A stretch of DNA of 59,840 nucleotides from Candidatus Aminicenantes bacterium (GTDB lineage: Bacteria; Acidobacteriota; Aminicenantia; Aminicenantales; UBA4085): NCBI GenBank assembly GCA_022866045.1, contig JALHTW010000028.1, positions 1 through 59,840 on the forward strand. The letters run 5' to 3'. Each line of letters begins with the position of its first letter. The first letter of the stretch is position 1. Shown piece by piece: positions 17,543 to 26,516 of the stretch. The position numbers were made by a program, and so were the translations under genes. Under the pieces are notes generated by a model. The model was not told the DNA's origin and ran no database searches. It saw nothing but the letters and a program-made list of their open reading frames with translations.

Positions 17543-18163
17543 TTAGCGAAATTTCTCGATCTCCCTCAAGTAATGGAGGATATTGCGGTTCAGCTTATCG
17601 ATCTGGACATAGATCCCCAAAAAGTCCTTGTGCTCCGGCCGGCCCCTGTCGATCAAAGCGCCGATCTCGATGAACTGTTCCTCTTTCTGCCGGTCGATGG
17701 CCTTCAGGAACTCCTGCCCCGCCTTGATCTTCTTATTGCCGTCCTTGATCTCTTTTTTGAGGCGCTTTTCTTCTTCCTTGGCCTCGTGGATCTTATGGCC
17801 GTCGGGAACCTCGCCGGCTTCTTTGAGCTTTAAAAGCTGCTTGGTGGTCTTCCGGGCGTCTTCCTGTTTCTTTTGAAGGTCGATGATCCTCGACAGGATG
17901 CCCTGGAGTTCGGTCTGGCGTTCGGAGCCTTGTTTTTCCAAATGCTCCAGGTTATGAAAGAAGGCCTTATATTTCTCGTCGGAGACCTTATCGACCCAAG
18001 CCTTTTTCCCCAGCTCTTTCAGGAGCACGGTCCTTTTGCGCTTTTCCCGATTCAGCCTGATCTGGAGCTGGGTCCGCTTCATCCGTTTCTTGGCCCCGGA
18101 GAGGAATTCGTTCAACCTCTGACGCAGGTCACGGTCGCGGAGAAAGATAAAAGCCAGCAACAT
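17543..18163 (-). CDS. K/E-rich coiled-coil protein with N-terminal hydrophobic segment, function unknown
   Basis: Long heptad-like charged sequence. The reading frame stays open upstream to 18289, encoding the rest of a TM helix without an ATG/GTG/TTG. Confidence 0.45.
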   Translation of the reverse strand: MLLAFIFLRDRDLRQRLNEFLSGAKKRMKRTQLQIRLNREKRKRTVLLKELGKKAWVDKVSDEKYKAFFHNLEHLEKQGSERQTELQGILSRIIDLQKKQEDARKTTKQLLKLKEAGEVPDGHKIHEAKEEEKRLKKEIKDGNKKIKAGQEFLKAIDRQKEEQFIEIGALIDRGRPEHKDFLGIYVQIDKLNRNILHYLREIEKFR

Positions 18164-18399
18164 CAGGATGACGCATAAGAGGAGCCACAGGATCCAGTAA
18201 GGAAGTCCCTCCCGGTCGATCGAGGGTGTTGCCTGTAGATCTAAGAGGATATTCAGGAAGCTATCTCTCCTTGTTCCTGGAAGTCTTCTTTATATTTTTT
18301 TGGCACTCTTCCATCGTGTCTGAGTAAGCTTGATCTTTTCCCTATAGCTTACACGAAATGGAAGAGATCCTTATTTTTTAATGAAAAATGCAGGATTTG

Positions 18400-19680
18400 T
18401 CAATCTTTCTTGAAGATCTTGGAGATATTGGTCCGGAGGTCGAACGGGTTCGGGACGACGGGCAGATAGTTCTGGATGGAATGCTCGATGAGAGAGGTCA
18501 TGGCCGCCAGGTTCTCCCGGAAGACCGGGTCGATGTCCTCCTGGCGGTTGAAGAATCCTCCGCCGATCTCGTCGATGGGAGGGAGCTCGATCGTATAGGA
18601 TGGGATGCCGGTCATGGCGAACGTCCAATCCGTCACGTCCCCGTTGGTCAAATAAAGAGACGTGCCGGACTGGCCGTAGTCATAGAGCCGGCCGTTAACG
18701 GCCTGGATCTTTGCCGACATCTCGGCCGCGATTTCTTTCATCTGGGCGTCTTTGTCGGAAGGAAGCTTTGTATAACCCCAGGGATAGAGGATGACCTGGG
18801 AAAAGCTGTGAAAAGAGATCATCGCCTGAAAATCTTTGCTCAGAAAGAGGTCCCGGACGGCCCGCGTCTCTGGCTCGGAAAAAGCCGCCGTTCCCCGATA
18901 GACTTCCGAAGCGGGATTCAGGCTTGAGCCGGCGTTGTCGATTCCCCATTTGTATCCGTAATTCCGGTTGATGTCCACGCCGAAATTACTCTTGCCGTTG
19001 TCGCGCCTGTTCTTTCGCCAGTAGCGATAGACGTGGATCGTGTATTCCAGGCCGTCGGGGTTGACGAGAGGGACGATCCAGATCTCGCTCTGGTCCACGA
19101 GGCGTTTGATATCAGGGTTTGTGGCATAGTTTTCAGCCAGATATTTTCCGAGGAGGAACGGGACTTCGACCGAGATCCATTCCCGGGCATGATGGCAGCC
19201 AAGAAAGAGGACTTCGGCCTCATCTTCCTCGAGAGCGACATTGTCGCTGATCTTCATGGCGTAGATGTTTCTTTTTTCCAGGCTGTCGCCGATATCGAAG
19301 ACCTTGACGATATTGGGATATTTTTGCTGAAGGACCAGCATATCCGTTTCGAGCTCGAGGTAGGAGTGGTACGCGCCGTTGATCCCTCCCTGGGGAAATA
19401 GGACCGGGCTGGAGGGCGGGGTTGATCTGGGCGTCTCCGGAATGTAAGCGACATTTTCTTTTTCGAGCTTTTCTAGGTCTGCGGGCCCGGCAAGGACATA
19501 AACTTTTCCGTTCCATTCGCCGAGGAGATCAAGGTCGAGCGCGTCAATCTTGTCGGCCAGGGATATGCTCTTGGCGATGCTGATGATGACCGATCTTTCG
19601 GGATTCTCGGCCCGCAAGGCGGTCCCGCTCGCCAGAAGTACGGCGAAGGCTAGGATAAATCCGGTCTTCGTCTTCAACAT
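18400..19680 (-). CDS. Secreted M14-family zinc carboxypeptidase
   Basis: Signal peptide MLKTKTGFILAFAVLLASGTALRA. Motifs GCHHAREWIS (HxxE) and VPLVNPDGLEY. Confidence 0.8.
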   Translation of the reverse strand: MLKTKTGFILAFAVLLASGTALRAENPERSVIISIAKSISLADKIDALDLDLLGEWNGKVYVLAGPADLEKLEKENVAYIPETPRSTPPSSPVLFPQGGINGAYHSYLELETDMLVLQQKYPNIVKVFDIGDSLEKRNIYAMKISDNVALEEDEAEVLFLGCHHAREWISVEVPFLLGKYLAENYATNPDIKRLVDQSEIWIVPLVNPDGLEYTIHVYRYWRKNRRDNGKSNFGVDINRNYGYKWGIDNAGSSLNPASEVYRGTAAFSEPETRAVRDLFLSKDFQAMISFHSFSQVILYPWGYTKLPSDKDAQMKEIAAEMSAKIQAVNGRLYDYGQSGTSLYLTNGDVTDWTFAMTGIPSYTIELPPIDEIGGGFFNRQEDIDPVFRENLAAMTSLIEHSIQNYLPVVPNPFDLRTNISKIFKKD

Positions 19681-19685
19681 CTTAC

Positions 19686-19714
19686 CTTATAATTTTATCA
19701 TATCTATTATGCAA
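19686..19714 (-). promoter_or_regulatory. Possible sigma70-like promoter very close to the M14 start codon
   Basis: On the minus strand: TTGCAT (19714-19709), 17-nt spacer, TATAAG (19691-19686), only 5 nt before ATG 19680. This would imply a leaderless or near-leaderless mRNA. Confidence 0.3.
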
Positions 19715-19776
19715 AATGTCCATCGGGCATCAATCCCCCGCAGCGATGAATCAAGGGGTGAATTTTGGGTCATCTT

Positions 19777-21021
19777 TTATAGATTTAAGCCCAGGGAAAG
19801 GGCAATCCTCTTTACGGTCAAGTCGTTCCCAGAGCCCGATTCCCGGCCGAACATGGCCCCCAGGTCAAGACTCAGGCCCTTCCAATGGCTCCCGGTTCCG
19901 AGCGTAAAGCCCAGATAGGATGAGTTTGGCTCTTTCATGGGCTGCGGATCATAAATGAGGCCAGCCCTGAATGGGATCCAGGCTTGCCCTCCGAAGAGAC
20001 TGAGAGCGGCCCGGTATTCTGCGGCCGCGCCGATCTTGAATATATCTTTGAAATCCCGGGCCTGTTTCTCGCCGAAATAATCCAGGGAATACTTCGACCA
20101 GGCGTAATAGGAGATGTCCGTGGCGAGAGTCAATTCGGGAAGAATGGCGTAGCTCGCGCCCAGCCCGAGAACAAGCGGCTGTTTGGCCCCGTCTCTTGAG
20201 GAGGCGGCGATGAGGATGTCGGTATTACCGGTCGGGGCCAGATAGCGCAGAGTGCTGCTATTTTCCGCGTTCTTCAAGTGCGGCGTCCGGAAAGCGGCGG
20301 CGAGGTGAAACTTGTCTGTAATCTCAAGAAGGAGCCCGCCGTTGACGTAAAAGCCGCTAAAATTCTGCGTTTTCTTGTCCGTGATCGTATAGCCGGGGTA
20401 GGCTGACTGTTCTAGAAATTCTCTTTGAAGGCTTCCCGTCGAGTAATTCAGCCCCAGCCCGACACTGAGACGGGAGCCGAAACGGCGAGCGGCGGAGAAA
20501 TTGACGTTTCTGAGGACGCCGTCCTGGGTAAACTTAAGCATGTAAACAAGCGTCTCGCGATAGTATTCCTCATATTTGGCTTCGGGCCGGTTATAAAGCT
20601 CGGTCAGGGAGACATTCAGGGCTAATGTCCAGCCGCCGAGGCGGACAGACAGCCCGGCGAAGTCCAGACCGAGGAGACCTTGGGTGATATTTTTGTCCGT
20701 TCCCAGGACGCCGGTGTTCAGGGGGCCGTATTTGAAAAAGGATGCACTCTGGAAATAGCCGTTGACCGTCAACGTGAATCTTGGAAGGCCCGGAAGAAGA
20801 GCAGGGTTGGCCAGGGCCGCTGAGGCGTCCGAAGCCAGGGTGAATGCCGTCTCTCCCCGGCCGAGGGCGGCCGCGGCCGTATAGGGGTGAGTGTTCCAGG
20901 TCCTGAACGGCGCTTCGTCCTCATACTGGCCGAGGACGAGCTGGCCGGAGGCAAAAGCGGGGAAAAAGGACACGGCAACCGCCGTCAGGCATAAAGTTGA
21001 AAAAAACCACCTCTTTCTCAT
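19777..21021 (-). CDS. Putative outer-membrane beta-barrel protein
   Basis: Signal peptide MRKRWFFSTLCLTAVAVSFFPAFASG. Alternating hydrophobic/polar strands rich in G, Y, S and N. No family recognised. Confidence 0.5.
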   Translation of the reverse strand: MRKRWFFSTLCLTAVAVSFFPAFASGQLVLGQYEDEAPFRTWNTHPYTAAAALGRGETAFTLASDASAALANPALLPGLPRFTLTVNGYFQSASFFKYGPLNTGVLGTDKNITQGLLGLDFAGLSVRLGGWTLALNVSLTELYNRPEAKYEEYYRETLVYMLKFTQDGVLRNVNFSAARRFGSRLSVGLGLNYSTGSLQREFLEQSAYPGYTITDKKTQNFSGFYVNGGLLLEITDKFHLAAAFRTPHLKNAENSSTLRYLAPTGNTDILIAASSRDGAKQPLVLGLGASYAILPELTLATDISYYAWSKYSLDYFGEKQARDFKDIFKIGAAAEYRAALSLFGGQAWIPFRAGLIYDPQPMKEPNSSYLGFTLGTGSHWKGLSLDLGAMFGRESGSGNDLTVKRIALSLGLNL

Positions 21022-21049
21022 CGACGATAGATTTTACCCATCTTCCCTG

Positions 21050-21063
21050 GGATTTGCAAATCC
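21050..21063. promoter_or_regulatory. Perfect 14-bp palindrome in the divergent fabH / OMP control region (candidate operator)
   Basis: GGATTTGCAAATCC lies 45 nt upstream of the fabH ATG, immediately before TATTAT / TAGTAT -10-like hexamers. Confidence 0.3.
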
Positions 21064-21108
21064 AGGCGTATTATGCTATTTAGTATGGTCTTTTAGAGAA
21101 GGCAGCCC

Positions 21109-22098
21109 ATGGCCAACAAGAGACGAATAAAGATCATCGGGACGGGATTCTATGTCCCTGATCAGATCCTGACCAACGCCGACCTGGAGAAGATGGTCGA
21201 CACGACGGACGAGTGGATCGTCAGCCGGTCCGGCATCCGTGAGCGGCGCATCGCGAGCGCCGAACAGGCCACTTCGGACCTGTGCCTCGAGGCCGCCCGG
21301 CGGGCTTTGAAAAACTCCCATCTGAGCGTCAAGGACATAGATCTCATCCTCGTCTCGAACAACACGCCCGACACCCTATTCCCGGCGACGGCCTGCTGGG
21401 TCCAACAAGGACTTCAGGCCGACCATGTCCCCGCCTTTGACGTCGTCGCCGGTTGCACCGGTTTTCTCTACGGCATGATCGTCGCCGAAAGCCTTATTCT
21501 CAGCGGCACGGCCCGGCGCGTTCTCCTGATCGGCGGCGAGACCTTGTCCAAGATCACGAACTGGAAGGACCGGAATACGTGTGTTCTTTTCGGAGACGGC
21601 GCCGGCGCGGCCATCCTTGAGGAAAGCAAAGACGATTCCGGTATGCTTTCTTTTTATTGGAAGGCCGACGGGAGCCTGGCGAACCTCTTATTGATGCCGG
21701 CCGGCGGCACGAGAAATCCGGCCTCTTTACAGACCGTCGCGGAAAATCTGCATTATCTTCATATGAAAGGGAATGAAGTCTTCAAGCATGCCGTCAAGCG
21801 TATGGGGGAAGCGGCCGAAGAGGCGCTGAAAAGAGCGGGGCTGACAAAAGATGACATCGATATCTTTATCCCCCACCAGGCGAACATCCGTATCATCGAT
21901 GCTGTCGGCGAACGCTTAAAGATCCCGAAGGAAAAAGTCTTCGTCAATATCGACCGCTACGGCAACGTGTCCGTAGCCTGTATCCCCATCGCCATCCATG
22001 AGCTGCGGCAGCAAAAGAAGATCAAGCCGGGAACGATCATCGTTTTGGATGCCTTCGGCGCCGGCTTCACCTGGGCCTCGGTCGTCTATCGCTGGTAA
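21109..22098 (+). CDS. fabH: 3-oxoacyl-ACP synthase III
   Basis: IIGTGFYVPDQILTNADLEKMVDTTDEWIVSRSGIRERRIA, active-site AGCTGF, HQANIRI and GNVSVACIP motifs. Confidence 0.9.
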   Translation: MANKRRIKIIGTGFYVPDQILTNADLEKMVDTTDEWIVSRSGIRERRIASAEQATSDLCLEAARRALKNSHLSVKDIDLILVSNNTPDTLFPATACWVQQGLQADHVPAFDVVAGCTGFLYGMIVAESLILSGTARRVLLIGGETLSKITNWKDRNTCVLFGDGAGAAILEESKDDSGMLSFYWKADGSLANLLLMPAGGTRNPASLQTVAENLHYLHMKGNEVFKHAVKRMGEAAEEALKRAGLTKDDIDIFIPHQANIRIIDAVGERLKIPKEKVFVNIDRYGNVSVACIPIAIHELRQQKKIKPGTIIVLDAFGAGFTWASVVYRW

Positions 22099-22212
22099 GG
22101 CGCTCGTCGGGAAGGGCCTGCTCCATCGGAGATTTTTAGCCCTTCGAGCTTCACTGATTTTTCGGCGGCGAGGGCGGGAGAGGGATGTCCATGACAGGAG
22201 CCGGCCGACCCT

Positions 22213-22704
22213 CTATTTCTCCGTCGACAATTTCTGGAAGATCCCGTTCAAGGTCTTTTTGTCCATTATACCGACCTGCGCGTGGCGAATGATGCCCTTC
22301 TTGTCGATGACGAATGTCGTCGGGATGGCGTCGATGGGGCCATAGTCTTTGATGGTCTTCTCGGGGGCGAAAGCCACAGTATAGATCATCTTGTTCTTTG
22401 TGACGAAAGATTTCAGCTGGTCGGGAGTGAGTTTATCGACGGATAGGCCGATGATCTCGAGTCCGTTGACCTTATTCTGGTCATAGAACTCGACAAAATC
22501 CGGGATCTCGGCCCGGCAGGGAGGGCACCACGTCGCCCAGAAGTTCAGGATAAGGACCTTCCCTTTGTAATCCGCCAATGTCAGCGCTTTGCCATTCAGG
22601 TCTTTCAAGGAAAACGCCGGCGCGGGCTGGTTCTGGACTAGGGCGCCGAGAGAAGTCCATCCTGCTAGCGCAACAATTATTAGATATAGCGCTCGTTTTT
22701 TCAT
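22213..22704 (-). CDS. TlpA-like periplasmic thiol:disulfide oxidoreductase
   Basis: Start taken at MKKRALYLIIVALAGW (22704); the track ORF extends to 22764. WATWCPPCRAEIP thioredoxin motif. Confidence 0.8.
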   Translation of the reverse strand: MKKRALYLIIVALAGWTSLGALVQNQPAPAFSLKDLNGKALTLADYKGKVLILNFWATWCPPCRAEIPDFVEFYDQNKVNGLEIIGLSVDKLTPDQLKSFVTKNKMIYTVAFAPEKTIKDYGPIDAIPTTFVIDKKGIIRHAQVGIMDKKTLNGIFQKLSTEK

Positions 22705-22828
22705 ACTGTATCCCAATATATGCCTTATTTTATATATTATATAGGAATTATAGGAAATTGGCAAGCCGAAGCGACAGACCTATTAATCCTCCCGATTTTC
22801 TTCTGCGTCGCCTTTTATCACTTTATTA

Positions 22829-22975
22829 GGCGAGGGACAGAGGATGAGGAGGCCATAAGGAGGCGAGCGGGCACGGGTTCGCGACCGCAGGTCGAGAAGA
22901 GCGAGCCGACGCTCGAGCCGGTTTCCTCGCCGGGGAAACCGGCGTGCCGACGAATCCTTCTGTCCCGAGCCTCCC
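22829..22975. repeat. GC-rich structured intergenic repeat, family A copy 2 (inverted relative to copy 1)
   Basis: Its reverse complement aligns with 6150-6293. Outer stem here is GGGACAGAGGA (22834-22844) / TCCTTCTGTCCC (22955-22966). It ends at the porB stop codon. Confidence 0.7.
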
Positions 22976-23874
22976 TAGCTTGCTTCACACTTCTTGAGGA
23001 GGCGGGCCCAGTTGCGGTCCACTTCCTCCTGCATTATCTGGATATCGTCAGGCTTGAGATGGCGAAATCGTCCCTGGAGCTTGAGGTAGTCGTTGATCGG
23101 CTTCTTGTCCTTGACCTTGATGTTGAGCGTGTACTTCTCGCCGTATTCGATCTCATACAGGGGGAAGATGCAGTTCTGGATGACCATGCGTCCGAGCTTG
23201 ACCGCGTCTTCGGGCCGGCTCTTCCAGCCCGTGGGGCAGGGAGCATAGATATGGAGGAATCGCGTTCCCTTGACGCCTTTCGCCTTTTTGGCCTTCTTGA
23301 ACAAATCCTCGGGATAGGATATGGACGCCGTGGCCTGATAGGGAATCCGGTGGGCGGCCATGATCGCGTTGATGTCCTTTTTAGGCTGGTTCTTGAAAAA
23401 TTTGACCGGCGTCGTCGTCGTCCAGGCGCCGTAAGGCGTCGCAGAGCTTCTTTGAATGCCCGTGTTCATGTAGGCTTCGTTGTCGTAGCAGACGTAGAGG
23501 ATGTCGTCATTGCGTTCGGCCGCGCCGCTGAGGGCCTGCAGTCCGATGTCGAACGTTCCCCCGTCGCCGGCCCAGGCCACGACGGTCGTTTTGTCGTCCC
23601 CGACCATTTCAAGGCCGGCCTTGACACCCGTGGCCGTGGAGGCCGCGGCTTCAAAGGCGCAGTGATAAATCGGTACGCTGAGGCTGGAGTGGGGGTAGGG
23701 CCCATCGATGACGGCCCAGCAGCAGGCCGGGATGCAAAGAACGGTCCTCGGGCCCATGGCTTTGAGAAAGTATCGCATCGCGAGCCCTGCGCCGCAGCCC
23801 TGGCAGGCCAAGTTGCCTGAGCCGGCATATTCTTCGACAGGCAGCGTCAACGTCATCTTTTTTTCTTTTTTCAT
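22975..23874 (-). CDS. porB: Pyruvate:ferredoxin oxidoreductase beta (TPP-binding) subunit
   Basis: GDGGTFDIGLQALSGAAERNDDILYVCYDNEAYMNTG TPP motif. 4-nt overlap with porA. Confidence 0.85.
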   Translation of the reverse strand: MKKEKKMTLTLPVEEYAGSGNLACQGCGAGLAMRYFLKAMGPRTVLCIPACCWAVIDGPYPHSSLSVPIYHCAFEAAASTATGVKAGLEMVGDDKTTVVAWAGDGGTFDIGLQALSGAAERNDDILYVCYDNEAYMNTGIQRSSATPYGAWTTTTPVKFFKNQPKKDINAIMAAHRIPYQATASISYPEDLFKKAKKAKGVKGTRFLHIYAPCPTGWKSRPEDAVKLGRMVIQNCIFPLYEIEYGEKYTLNIKVKDKKPINDYLKLQGRFRHLKPDDIQIMQEEVDRNWARLLKKCEAS

Positions 23875-25025
23875 TTCTTCACTCCGATCCAGAGGATGTT
23901 GTCTTCGGGGATGTCATGGGAGAGCGTGTAGTCAACGACTTCCCGGAACGAGGCCGGCGTGATGTCCCGGCCGCCGAGCCCGGCGATGAAGCCGAAGACG
24001 GGAATGTCGCCGGCCTGCCCGTAGAGAGCCGATTTCACTTCCTGGGCGAAGATGCCGTGATGGCCGTAAGAGATGTTGCGGTCCACGACGGCCACTTTTT
24101 TCGCCCTCTTCAGGATGCGCTGGACGACTTCGAAGGGGAAGGGCCGAAAAACTTTCATGCGGAGGTTTCCGGCTTTGACGCCGCTTCCGCGAAGCTCGTC
24201 AACGGCGACACGGGCCGTGTAGCCCGCGGTCCCCGATGTCACAAGGATGATCTCCGCGTCGTCGCATAGATAATCATCGACCAGGCCGAGGTATCGTCCG
24301 AACAATTTCTCATATTCCCGTCCTGTCTCCTCGATCAGGGCGGGGACCTTTTCCATGTCTTTTTGGAGCTTATAGCGCAACTCAAAATAGTGTTCGGGTG
24401 AGGTGAGGCCGTTGAAAGCATGCGGATCGTCGGGCGTCAAGCGATAGGGCGGCTTGAACGGCGGGAGATATTCGTCCACTTTGGCCTTGTCCGGGATGTC
24501 GACGACCTCATAAGTATGGGAGAGAGTGAAGGCGTCGAGGATGACCATACTCGGAATGGCGAGGGTCTCCGACACCTTGAAAGCCTGGATAACGGTGTCC
24601 AAGACTTCCTGGTTTGAAGCGCAGTAAAACTGCATCCATCCCGTGTCTCTCTCGGAGAGGCTGTCGTTCTGGTCGGTCCAGATGCTCCAGCCGGGTGCCA
24701 TGGAGCGGTTAATGTTGCCCATGACGACCGGCAGCCGGCCGCCTGAAGCCCAGTGCAGCAGTTCATGCATGAGCGCCAAGCCCTGGGCCGAAGTTGCCGT
24801 GAATGTCCGGGCGCCGGTGATGGAGGCGCCGATGCAGGCGGCCATGGCCGAATGCTCGGATTCGACTTTGATGAACTTGGCGTTGAGAGTTTTATCGGCA
24901 CACATTTCCGAAAGGAGCTCGACGACCTGGGTTTGGGGCGTAATCGGGTAGGCTGCGATCACCTGGGCGCGGGACAGCATGGCCCCGTAGGACAGGGCGT
25001 GGTTTCCCATCATGACTTTCTTCAT
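23871..25025 (-). CDS. porA: Pyruvate:ferredoxin oxidoreductase alpha subunit
   Basis: GGAGG then ATG 25025, forming an ATGA overlap with the porD stop; the track ORF extends to 25085. MKKVMMGNHALSYGAMLSRAQVIAAYPITPQT is the typical alpha-subunit N-terminus. Confidence 0.85.
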   Translation of the reverse strand: MKKVMMGNHALSYGAMLSRAQVIAAYPITPQTQVVELLSEMCADKTLNAKFIKVESEHSAMAACIGASITGARTFTATSAQGLALMHELLHWASGGRLPVVMGNINRSMAPGWSIWTDQNDSLSERDTGWMQFYCASNQEVLDTVIQAFKVSETLAIPSMVILDAFTLSHTYEVVDIPDKAKVDEYLPPFKPPYRLTPDDPHAFNGLTSPEHYFELRYKLQKDMEKVPALIEETGREYEKLFGRYLGLVDDYLCDDAEIILVTSGTAGYTARVAVDELRGSGVKAGNLRMKVFRPFPFEVVQRILKRAKKVAVVDRNISYGHHGIFAQEVKSALYGQAGDIPVFGFIAGLGGRDITPASFREVVDYTLSHDIPEDNILWIGVKK

Positions 25026-25321
25026 TTCCGTTCCTCCACCATGACGATGCACTTCACCGGGCATTCCTCGGCGCAGATGCCGCATCCTTTGCAGTAATCA
25101 TAGTCCACGACCGGGAGCTCGTTCTCGATCCCGATGGACATGTCCGGGCAGAACTTCCAGCAAATGCCGCACTGGATGCAGTCTTCGAGCCTGATCTCGG
25201 GCCGGATGTTCCGCCAGGAGCCGGTCTTGTTGTAAAGCATCGAGCCGATCGACATGGGCATCATCGGCATCTCGTCGGCGGACTGAAAAACGATCTTTTT
25301 AGCGTCTTTTTTCTTGGGCAT
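25022..25321 (-). CDS. porD: Pyruvate:ferredoxin oxidoreductase delta subunit (2x[4Fe-4S])
   Basis: CIQCGICWKFCPD and CKGCGICAEECP cluster motifs. 99 aa. Confidence 0.85.
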   Translation of the reverse strand: MPKKKDAKKIVFQSADEMPMMPMSIGSMLYNKTGSWRNIRPEIRLEDCIQCGICWKFCPDMSIGIENELPVVDYDYCKGCGICAEECPVKCIVMVEERK

Positions 25322-25333
25322 GGTGTTTGTCTC

Positions 25334-25888
25334 CTAGGCGGATGCCGCGGCCTGTTCGTATGCTTCGGCCGCCGCTTTCTTGTTGTCTTCGGGCTTGATC
25401 GAGATGGCGTCACCGATCGCCTGGAGAAGCGACTCGAGCTTGGCCAGGTTGAGGATCTTGACCACGGCGCCGGCGACGGCGGTGTTGACGATGGGCGCGG
25501 CCAGCGTCCCAAGCTTGTTTTTGACCGCAATCCCCGTGGCATTGACCGTTGCCACTTTGAACCTGGCGGGGAACTTGAATTCCGAGGGATGCTTGTCGCT
25601 GTTGATGATGATCCAGCCGCCGTCCTTGAGCCCGTCAGTGATGTCGATGGCTTCGACGAGCGTCGGGTCCACGACGACGACATGGTCGGGGGTGTAGATC
25701 CGGCTCTTGTCGTAGATCGGTTTGTTATCAATGCGGATGAAGGAAAAGACGGGAGCGCCGCGCCGCTCGACCCCGAACTCGGGGTAGGCTTGGACGTAGT
25801 TGCCTTCTTGGGCGAGCGCATCGGCGAGAATTTTCGAGGCCACCACCGTCCCCTGGCCGCCTCGTCCATGAAAACGAATTTCGATCAT
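25334..25888 (-). CDS. porG: Pyruvate:ferredoxin oxidoreductase gamma subunit
   Basis: MIEIRFHGRGGQGTVVASKILA signature. First gene of the porGDAB order. Confidence 0.85.
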   Translation of the reverse strand: MIEIRFHGRGGQGTVVASKILADALAQEGNYVQAYPEFGVERRGAPVFSFIRIDNKPIYDKSRIYTPDHVVVVDPTLVEAIDITDGLKDGGWIIINSDKHPSEFKFPARFKVATVNATGIAVKNKLGTLAAPIVNTAVAGAVVKILNLAKLESLLQAIGDAISIKPEDNKKAAAEAYEQAAASA

Positions 25889-25940
25889 TGGGACTCCTTA
25901 TGATGAAGATCGATTAAAAAAACATATGACAGGGACCTAA

Positions 25941-26116
25941 CCTGAATTATTCATAAATTGCGTCGTTTCCTCGAGAAGAGAATTCGCAGAGGACGCCGAA
26001 TTCAAGATGAGGGGAGACGATCCCAAATTCCGGAGAATTTGGGTCATGTCCCCGAATTCAGCGCCCGTCTGCAAATCCACGACGGGAGAGATAACGTCAT
26101 TCATAAATAATTCAGA
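25941..26116. repeat. Inverted-repeat element, family C copy 1
   Basis: Ends CTGAATTATTCATAAAT... and ...ATTCATAAATAATTCAG are complementary. CTAA occurs on both flanks (25937-25940, 26117-26120). Core 26011-26059 matches 28787-28833. Confidence 0.6.
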
Positions 26117-26516
26117 CTAAAGGATGATCCAGGAAGGACTGCCTTTAGTGTTTTAGTTTAGGCCGCGGAAGGCGGGCTGTCAAGGGGCGCCCGGGGGACT
26201 CGCCTGAAAGAACTCGTTCCTTCAAAAGTTCTTTACGCTTTCAGAGACTCCGTTTTTTCGGCGGCGATGAACTCGCTTCAAGATGCGCTCAAACATCATC
26301 GCCGCAAGGCTCCCTCAAAAACGGAGCCGCTGACGGCTAAACTTTTGATGGTCACTTCGTCTCTTTCAGTCTCGTCTAAACTATTAAAAGAAAAAGAACG
26401 GAATATTTGCCATCCGTACGTCGCCCCGTCAACAAGAATAAGGACGATCAAGACGGAGGAAAAGCGGCGCAGGATGAAATCTTACTTGGGGCGGAATATT
26501 AGGACAAGAAGAAGAT

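Noticed and set aside
22720-23820. 366-aa plus-strand ORF
   Set aside because: It is antisense to porB and reads through the family A repeat. It is R/G/A-rich with no recognisable domain and no SD.
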